From assembly GCA_016184305.1 (NCBI GenBank), contig JACPCX010000158.1, positions 1-13,008 of the forward strand: DNA of 13,008 bases, read 5' to 3'. Made by a program: the position numbers and the translations under genes. The DNA is from Candidatus Rokuibacteriota bacterium (GTDB lineage: Bacteria > Methylomirabilota > Methylomirabilia > Rokubacteriales > CSP1-6). This document shows positions 7,666 to 13,008 of this stretch, piece by piece (position 1 is the stretch's first letter; each line of letters starts with the position of its first letter). The notes beneath the pieces are model-generated. The model was not told the origin of the DNA, ran no database searches, and was given only the letters and a program-made list of their open reading frames with translations.

Positions 7666-8860
7666 GGAGCGCCTCGAAGACCATGGCAATCCCCTGCCCG
7701 CCGCCGATGCAGAGGGAGGCAAGCCCGTACCGCCCGCCGCGCCGGCGCAGCTCGAAGAGGGTGGTGAGCGCCAGCCTGGCCCCTGAGGCCCCGATGGGGT
7801 GCCCCAGGGCAATGGCCCCGCCGTTGACGTTGGTCTTGTCGCGGTCCAGGCCGAGCTCGCGCTCCACGGCCAGGTACTGCGCCGCGAACGCCTCGTTGAT
7901 CTCCACCACGTCCAGGTCGCGCACCTCGAGTCCCGCCCGGTGGAGGGCCTGCCGGGAGGCCGGTACCGGGCCGATCCCCATGATCTCGGGATCCACGCCG
8001 GCCACCCCCCAGGAGAGGATCCGCCCCAGCGGGGAGGCGCCCAGCTCGCGCGCCCGGCGCCGCGTGGTCACGATCATGGCCGCTGCCCCGTCATTGATCC
8101 CGCTGGCATTGCCCGCCGTGACGACTCCATTCTCCTTGAAGGACGGCTGCAGTGCGCCCAGCTTCTCGACGCTGGTCTCCGCCTTGATGTGCTCGTCGCG
8201 GTCCACCTGCACGACACCGCCGCGCGTCTTGACGGGAACGGCCACGATCTCCTCGGCGAAGTAGCCCTTGTCGCGGGCAGAGGCGGCCCGCTGATGGCTC
8301 AGATACGCGAAATCGTCGGACTCTTTCCGGGAGATCCCCTGGCGTGCGGCCAGGTTCTCGGCGGTGATGGCCATGGGGATCTGCATGTACGGGTCGCCGA
8401 GGCCGAGCCACAGGTTGTCTTCGAGCTGCCCCTGGCGGAAGCGCAGTCCCCAGCGCGCCCCCCGGATGATATGCGGCTGGCCGGACATGCTCTCGGTTCC
8501 CCCCGCCAGCACCACCTCCGCCTCGCCGAGCCTGATCATCTGCGCCGCGGTGACCACGGCCTGCAGCCCTGACCCGCAGAGCCGGTTGACGGTGAGCCCC
8601 GGGACGCCGATGGGGCAGCCCGCCTTGAGCGCCACGTGCCGCGCCAGATAGGCATCCTCGCCTGAGCCCTGCAGCACGCAGCCGAACACCGCATGCTCCA
8701 CGTGATCGGGGGCCACGCCGCCGCGCTCGAGAGCGGCACGCGCCGCATGCACCCCGAGGTCCACTGCGCCCAGGTCCTTGAGGGCACCGCCGAAGTCGCC
8801 GAAGGGGGTGCGCGCCCCACGCAGGACGACGATGTCCTGATCACCGGATGACGGAGTCAT
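7658..8860 (-). CDS. Acetyl-CoA C-acyltransferase (thiolase)
   Basis: ARTPFG, catalytic Cys in TVNRLCGSGLQ, VTAGNASGINDGAAA, EINEAF, GGAIALGHPIGASG, LCIGGGQG. SD AAGGAG. Confidence 0.96.
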   Translation of the reverse strand: MTPSSGDQDIVVLRGARTPFGDFGGALKDLGAVDLGVHAARAALERGGVAPDHVEHAVFGCVLQGSGEDAYLARHVALKAGCPIGVPGLTVNRLCGSGLQAVVTAAQMIRLGEAEVVLAGGTESMSGQPHIIRGARWGLRFRQGQLEDNLWLGLGDPYMQIPMAITAENLAARQGISRKESDDFAYLSHQRAASARDKGYFAEEIVAVPVKTRGGVVQVDRDEHIKAETSVEKLGALQPSFKENGVVTAGNASGINDGAAAMIVTTRRRARELGASPLGRILSWGVAGVDPEIMGIGPVPASRQALHRAGLEVRDLDVVEINEAFAAQYLAVERELGLDRDKTNVNGGAIALGHPIGASGARLALTTLFELRRRGGRYGLASLCIGGGQGIAMVFEALHG

Positions 8861-8889
8861 TCACGCTCCTTGTGAGCCAGAGGAATGTC

Positions 8890-9414
8890 CTACTCGTACA
8901 CGATGAGCGATTCCAGGTCGTAGCCGGGGAGCCGCTCCCGGCCCTTGAGGAAGGCCAGCTCGATGAGGAACGCCGCCCCCACGACCTTCCCGCCGAGCCG
9001 CTCGACGAGCCTGAGCGTGGCGGCCATGGTCCCCCCGGTGGCGAGCAGGTCGTCCACCACCAGGACCTGCTGGCCGGGTCGGATGGCATCTTCGTGAATG
9101 GCCAGAACATCACGCCCGTACTCCAGCGCGTACTCCTCCTCGATGGTCTTGGCCGGCAGCTTGCCCCGCTTCCGGACGGGCACGAACCCGGCCTTGAGCT
9201 GATGGGCCAGGGCGCCGCCGAAGATGAAGCCACGGGACTCGACGCCCACCACCAACTCCACCATGGCCGTGTGGTACTTGCTCGCCAGGTGATCGATCAC
9301 GGAAGCCCACGCGGGACCGTCCTTGAGGAGCGTGGTGATGTCCTTGAAGAGGATTCCTTCGGTGGGAAAATCCTTGATGTCTCGGATCTTTGAGCGAAGC
9401 TCGGCGACGTTCAT
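8890..9414 (-). CDS. apt: Adenine phosphoribosyltransferase
   Basis: DFPTEGILFKDITTLL, GVESRGF, VRKRGKLP, YALEYG and the PRPP-binding motif VVDDLLATGGT; 174 aa. Confidence 0.97.
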   Translation of the reverse strand: MNVAELRSKIRDIKDFPTEGILFKDITTLLKDGPAWASVIDHLASKYHTAMVELVVGVESRGFIFGGALAHQLKAGFVPVRKRGKLPAKTIEEEYALEYGRDVLAIHEDAIRPGQQVLVVDDLLATGGTMAATLRLVERLGGKVVGAAFLIELAFLKGRERLPGYDLESLIVYE

Positions 9415-9425
9415 GACGGGAGCCG

Positions 9426-9455
9426 ATGTTACTGCGAGCAGCCGCCGTGGCGCAA
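9426..9455 (-). promoter_or_regulatory. Putative sigma70 promoter for apt and downstream genes
   Basis: TTGCGC (9455-9450), 18-nt spacer, TAACAT (9431-9426), then 11 nt to the apt ATG. Confidence 0.45.
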
Positions 9456-9465
9456 CACGAAATCT

Positions 9466-9486
9466 CCCCGGCGTGGCGCGCCGGAG
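9466..9486 (-). terminator. GC-rich hairpin after the HAD gene (possible weak terminator or stabiliser)
   Basis: CCGGCG-5 nt-CGCCGG stem (9468-9484) a few nt after the stop, followed by AGATTTC, which is only a poor U-tract. Confidence 0.3.
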
Positions 9487-9489
9487 CGC

Positions 9490-10227
9490 CTAGAAAAAGC
9501 CGTTCAGGCGCTCCGGTAGCTCGGCCAGATCGGTCACCACCAGGTCGGCGTGGTCAGCGCCAGGACGCCCCGCCGCCGCGTAGTGGATGGCGCGCATCCC
9601 GGCGCCGCGGGCCCCCGCCACGTCGTCCACGGGATTGTCCCCCACATGGGCCGTCTGGGATGGTGTCGCGCCCGCGCGGGCCAGAGTCCGGCGGAAGATC
9701 TCGGGATCCGGCTTCCGGTAGCCGACCTCGTCGGAGTACGAGATGACGGAGAAGTGGCGGAGGAGGTCGTGGGCTTCGAGCACTCGTCTGAGCATGATCC
9801 CGGGGGTGCGCCCGGTATTGGAGATGATCCCCAGCGTGAGCCCCCGGACGGCGAGCCCCCGGACCGCCTCGGCGGCACCCGACTGAAGCGCCGGCGGGAA
9901 GGAAAGCACCGGGGAGATGTAGGCCGTCACGGTGGCTTCCAGGATGTCGTCCGCCAGGCGATCGGCCGCTCCCGGCACGGCGCAGTCGAGGACGAGCCGC
10001 ACCTGCTCGCGGTAGGTCGGATCGCGATGCCGGCTCCAGAAGCGCTCCTGCAGGACCGTCAGGGACCGGTCGTACGCCTCCTCGACCTCCTCGACGGCCA
10101 GTGGCGAGCCGACACCGGCGAGCGCCGCCCTCAGGGCGCCCACCCGGAGGGCGCGCTGGGCGTTCAGGTTCTCGGGAGAGTCCTTGACCAGGGTCTCCCA
10201 GAAGTCGAAGGTGACGGTGGAGATCAC
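9490..10227 (-). CDS. HAD-superfamily hydrolase (paralog 2)
   Basis: Motif I TFDFWETL, motif II IISNT, motif III YRKP, motif IV HVGDNPVDDVAGA. The GTG start overlaps the upstream stop (GTGA). Confidence 0.9.
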   Translation of the reverse strand: MISTVTFDFWETLVKDSPENLNAQRALRVGALRAALAGVGSPLAVEEVEEAYDRSLTVLQERFWSRHRDPTYREQVRLVLDCAVPGAADRLADDILEATVTAYISPVLSFPPALQSGAAEAVRGLAVRGLTLGIISNTGRTPGIMLRRVLEAHDLLRHFSVISYSDEVGYRKPDPEIFRRTLARAGATPSQTAHVGDNPVDDVAGARGAGMRAIHYAAAGRPGADHADLVVTDLAELPERLNGFF

Positions 10228-10970
10228 GACTGAGCCCCCAGGCGGGCAACAGCGTCCGGCAATTCAGCGAGCCCGCCGATGACCATGTCTGGCGCCTCCG
10301 CGGCCGCCGATCTGCCGGTCGCGACCACCTGGATCACGCGGAGCCCGGCGTTGCGCGCGCCCTGCACGTCCAGCACCGCGTCGTCTCCCACGTGGACCGC
10401 CTCGGCGGCCTCGATACCGAGCTTGTCGAGCGTCAGGCGAAAGATCTCGGCGGCGGGCTTGCGCACCCCGACCTCGTCCGAGAAGGTCAGGTGGGTGAAG
10501 GAGGCGAGGAGCCCGTGCCCCTCGAGGATCTTCCGGAGGGCCACGCCGGGCGTCCGCATGGTGTTGGACACCACGGCCAGCACGATGCCGCGCGCGGCGA
10601 GCCGGCGGAGCCCCTCGGCCGCTCCCTCATCGGCCCGCGGCGGGACCAGGAGCGCCGGGCGCGCGTAGGCCTCGATGAGCGCGTCCAGGGTGCCGTGGGC
10701 CACGCGGGCGGACAGCCCCGCCTCGGCCCCCTCGAGGAGGCTCGTCACGTGGCGCGCCACGGGCACGTCGCGGTTCTGGGACCACACCCAGCCCAGCTCC
10801 CGTCCGGACACCTCGTAGCCACGTAGCAGGTCGCGCGTCGCCACCGACAGCCCCGCTGCCCCCAGGATCGTCTGGAAGTCCGCGAGCCGCCGCTGCCGGT
10901 AGCGATCATCGGCGCTCGGCCCCTCGAAGACGAGCGTTCCCCAGAAGTCCACGGTCACCGCGCGGATCAC
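10224..10970 (-). CDS. HAD-superfamily hydrolase (paralog 1)
   Basis: Start reassigned to GTG 10970 (VIRAVTVDFWGTL), matching the paralog's N-terminus. Motifs VVSNT, VRKP, HVGDDAVLDVQGA. Confidence 0.88.
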   Translation of the reverse strand: MIRAVTVDFWGTLVFEGPSADDRYRQRRLADFQTILGAAGLSVATRDLLRGYEVSGRELGWVWSQNRDVPVARHVTSLLEGAEAGLSARVAHGTLDALIEAYARPALLVPPRADEGAAEGLRRLAARGIVLAVVSNTMRTPGVALRKILEGHGLLASFTHLTFSDEVGVRKPAAEIFRLTLDKLGIEAAEAVHVGDDAVLDVQGARNAGLRVIQVVATGRSAAAEAPDMVIGGLAELPDAVARLGAQS

Positions 10971-10983
10971 GATCGGGCGTGCC

Positions 10984-11757
10984 TCATTCGAACCGGGGCT
11001 TGCGCTTCTCGAGGAAGGCCTGCATGGCCTCCCGCGGCTCCCCGGTGGCAAAGGCCTGGGCGAGGGCATTGATGCCGTATTCCACGGCCGTCCGCTGGTC
11101 GGTGTTGCGCCAGCGGATGATCAGCTCCTTCTGCAGCCGCAGCGCCGTCGGCGCGCACTCGAGAATGGGCGCGACCAGCGCCTCCGTGACCGCCTGGAGC
11201 TCATGGGGCGGCGCCACGCGGTTCACGAGCCCCCACTCGAGCGCCCGCGCCGCCGTGATGCCCTCGCCGGTGAGCAGGGCCTCGGCCGCGCGCGCGGGGC
11301 CGATGAGCCCTGAAAGGAGCGCCGCCTCGATCACCGACGGGATCCCCACGCGGATCTCGGGCAGCCCCATCCGCGCCTCGGTGGAGGCCGTCCGCATGTC
11401 GCAGGCCATGGCGAGCTCGAAGCCCGCCCCGAAGCAGTGGCCATTCATCATGCAGATGGTGGGGAAGGGCGCCTCGTGGACGGCGTGGATGGCCTGGTGG
11501 AGCAGCGTGATGAAGGGTTTCGCCGCGGCCGGCGTGAGATCCCGCAAGTACTCGAGCTGCATCCCGGCCGTGAGGACGGGGCCGGCCCCGGTGATGACGG
11601 CCGCCCGCACCTGGGTGTTGCGCGCGAGCCCCTCGACGGCGTCGCGCAGCGAGCGGATCAGCTCCGGCACCAGCAGGTTGAGCGGCGGTCGGTCGATGGT
11701 GACCCACGCGCAGCCGCCGCGATTGTCGACCGTGAGACTGCCGTCCATGGGCGCCAT
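10984..11757 (-). CDS. Enoyl-CoA hydratase/isomerase (crotonase) family protein
   Basis: Start ATG 11757 overlaps the rhodanese stop (TGATG); ATG 11748 is an alternative. Motifs VTIDRPPLN, GHCFGAGFELAMACD, GLPEIRVGI, ALEWGLVNRV, AFLEKRKPRF. Confidence 0.92.
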   Translation of the reverse strand: MAPMDGSLTVDNRGGCAWVTIDRPPLNLLVPELIRSLRDAVEGLARNTQVRAAVITGAGPVLTAGMQLEYLRDLTPAAAKPFITLLHQAIHAVHEAPFPTICMMNGHCFGAGFELAMACDMRTASTEARMGLPEIRVGIPSVIEAALLSGLIGPARAAEALLTGEGITAARALEWGLVNRVAPPHELQAVTEALVAPILECAPTALRLQKELIIRWRNTDQRTAVEYGINALAQAFATGEPREAMQAFLEKRKPRFE

Positions 11758-11954
11758 CAGTACCGTCTCATCTGGGGGTCCACATTCCGGGCCCAGCCGT
11801 CGAGCCCGCCGTCGAGGTTCCTCACCCTGGCGAAGCCCAGGCCGCGGAGATAGCCAACCACGGCGGCGCTGCGAACCCCGTGGTGGCAGTACACGACGAT
11901 CTCCTCCTGGGAGTCGAGCTCGTCTGTCCGGTGCTCGAGCTCCTCGATGGGAAT
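11757..11954 (-). pseudogene. 5'-truncated single-domain rhodanese/sulfurtransferase
   Basis: IPIEELEHRTDELDSQEEIVVYCHHGVRS...NLDGGLDGWARNVDPQMRRY keeps the active-site Cys loop. It lacks the roughly 40 N-terminal residues containing the DVRxxxE...hIxGA motif. The only in-frame ATG (11969) lies in foreign, attC-like sequence. Confidence 0.75.
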
Positions 11955-11955
11955 G

Positions 11956-11998
11956 CCTGTCGGTGGCATGGCGTTGTGAGACGGTCACGGGGTTAAGC
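11956..11998 (-). mobile_element. Degenerate left half (R''-L'') of an integron attC-like site downstream of hicB
   Basis: Minus strand reads GTCTCAC (one mismatch from RYYYAAC; 11982-11976), AACGC (5-nt spacer), CATGCCAC (8-nt L''-like box), CGAC, and then ends at the rhodanese remnant. A perfect RYYYAAC (GCTTAAC, 11998-11992) also contains the hicB stop. Confidence 0.5.
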
Positions 11999-12205
11999 GA
12001 AGATCAGACGCCGTCCTTTCGGTACGGGGATTGGATCACCGAATTCCTTCGCCGTGTCGAGCCAAAGACGAATGGCCTCCTGCGCGCTAGCGAGCGCGGC
12101 CTCCTGCGTTGGGCCATGTGCCGCACAACCCGGCAGCTCCGGCACCTCGGCAACGAACATCTGATCTTCCTCGCTCCAGTAGATGATGAGCTCGTACTTG
12201 TTCAT
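11993..12205 (-). CDS. hicB: HicB-family antitoxin (short, 70 aa)
   Basis: KYELIIYWSEEDQMFVAEVPELPGCAAHGPTQEAALASAQEAIRLWLDTAKEFGDPIPVP is the typical HicB partial RNase H fold. ATGA overlap with hicA. Confidence 0.92.
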   Translation of the reverse strand: MNKYELIIYWSEEDQMFVAEVPELPGCAAHGPTQEAALASAQEAIRLWLDTAKEFGDPIPVPKGRRLIFA

Positions 12206-12456
12206 GACTCCTCACCTCCAAGCCGGTACTTCACGAGTACGGCTCGTACCTGACGCACTTGATACGGCTTCGCGTCACTTCCCTCGCGCTGGAGATTGAT
12301 CTTTTCCTCGACCCCGGCCCTGCGAAAGATGTGATGGCTGCCCCGCACCCGCATCTCAAAGCCGAAGCTACCGAGCAAGTGGCACAGATCGTCAAACCGG
12401 ATGTTCGCGTCGGAAACTCCGCTGAGCACCCGCCGAAGGGTCTCCTCCTTGATCAT
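12202..12456 (-). CDS. hicA: HicA-family toxin (mRNA interferase)
   Basis: NIRFDDLCHLLGSFGFEMRVRGSHHIF contains the catalytic GSH motif; NLQ...AKPYQVRQV; 84 aa; translationally coupled to hicB. Confidence 0.9.
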   Translation of the reverse strand: MIKEETLRRVLSGVSDANIRFDDLCHLLGSFGFEMRVRGSHHIFRRAGVEEKINLQREGSDAKPYQVRQVRAVLVKYRLGGEES

Positions 12457-12462
12457 GAAGCT

Positions 12463-12468
12463 ATTCTA
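12463..12468 (-). promoter_or_regulatory. Putative -10 element (TAGAAT) for leaderless hicA transcription
   Basis: TAGAAT lies exactly 6 nt upstream of the hicA ATG, with no Shine-Dalgarno sequence in between. Confidence 0.5.
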
Positions 12469-12494
12469 CGCCAATCGTACTCGCTGGTTGATTC

Positions 12495-12598
12495 GCCCAA
12501 CGCCGCGCGTGAGCGGCAGCGCGGGCCGGACGCCCAGCCGACGACCGCACCCGCCAGAGCGAGCGCCGACCGCTCGAGCCGCGTCGAGGCCCGACGGT
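12495..12598 (-). mobile_element. Right part (central hairpin, L', R') of an integron attC-like site upstream of hicA
   Basis: Minus strand ends GCTCACG-CGCGGC-GTTGGGC (L'-like 7-mer, 6-nt spacer, perfect GTTRRRY at 12501-12495). It is preceded by an imperfect palindrome: CGGGCC (12593-12588) pairs with GGCCCG (12527-12522), and GACGC (12585-12581) with GCGTC (12533-12529). No RYYYAAC occurs between this hairpin and the ATPase stop. Confidence 0.6.
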
Positions 12599-12621
12599 CT
12601 GAAGGCCATCACCTACACGCG

Positions 12622-13008
12622 TCACTCCGACGGCAGCAGGACGGAGGTCTCCGGCGAGACCTCGACCTTCACCTCGTCGCCGGCCTGGAAGCTCCGCCCC
12701 TGCACGGCCGAGGTGATCATCTCCACCCGGACCATCCCGCCCGGGATGGCCACGTCGTAGAGCTGGCGCGCGCCCTCGAAGACGTACCCGGCCACCGTCC
12801 CCGGGATGCCCCCCGGAGCGAGCGCCGCCTCCTCGATGCGCAGCGCCTCCGGGCGCAGGCACAGGAGCCCGCGCGCGCCCACGCTCCAGCTGTGGCCCCC
12901 CGCTGCGACGGGCAGGCGCGCCCCGCCGTCGGTTTGCACCACGACTCCGGTCTCGCGCAGCTCCACCACCCGGACCGGGACCAGGTTGGCGGCGCCGACG
13001 AACTCGGC
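12622..13008 (-). CDS. ABC transporter ATP-binding protein (PotA/FbpC/MalK type), C-terminal TOBE region; 5' end outside the window
   Basis: The frame is open to the window edge: AEFVGAANLVPVRVVELRETG...LCLRPEALRI...GTVAGYVFEGARQLYDV...GDEVKV. It has the typical 'AeFvG.aN' and 'lRPE' motifs. Confidence 0.85.
   Translation of the reverse strand, partial: AEFVGAANLVPVRVVELRETGVVVQTDGGARLPVAAGGHSWSVGARGLLCLRPEALRIEEAALAPGGIPGTVAGYVFEGARQLYDVAIPGGMVRVEMITSAVQGRSFQAGDEVKVEVSPETSVLLPSE

Noticed and set aside
10984..11988. N-terminally extended 334-aa enoyl-CoA hydratase
   Set aside because: The extension overlaps the rhodanese remnant in another frame, and family similarity starts only after Met 11757.
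11980..12599. 7-bp direct repeat GACGGTC (11980-11986 and 12593-12599) as a target-site duplication of an IS or transposon
   Set aside because: The left copy lies about 25 nt inside the inferred junction, host sequence appears deleted and not duplicated, and there is no transposase or terminal inverted repeat. It may be chance or microhomology.
12461..12862. 133-aa minus-strand ORF and 119-aa plus-strand ORF (12401..12760)
   Set aside because: Both overlap the ATPase and the attC-like palindrome, have low-complexity translations and show no motifs.

Overview
High-GC bacterial window in which every credible gene lies on the minus strand; the long plus-strand ORFs are antisense shadows. In transcription order (right to left) the genes are: the 3' end of a PotA/FbpC/MalK-type ABC ATPase; a lower-GC hicA-hicB toxin-antitoxin pair; a 5'-truncated rhodanese gene; an enoyl-CoA hydratase; two tandem HAD hydrolases; apt; a thiolase; a small orphan secreted protein; a ~250-bp cluster of structured repeats; 3-hydroxybutyryl-CoA dehydrogenase; acyl-CoA dehydrogenase; a five-gene LIV-family ABC transporter with a Tat-signal binding protein; and the 5' end of a MetE-like (cobalamin-independent methionine synthase II family) gene. 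Two things stand out. (1) hicAB is bracketed by two incomplete integron attC-like sites and appears to have replaced the 5' third of the rhodanese gene, with no integrase in the window. (2) The 7011-7260 intergenic region holds four copies of a hairpin module with a compensatory base change and a GAUGA/GAAGA tandem G-A internal loop, directly upstream of the hbd-ACAD-transporter genes. All calls were made by eye from motifs; no searches were run.
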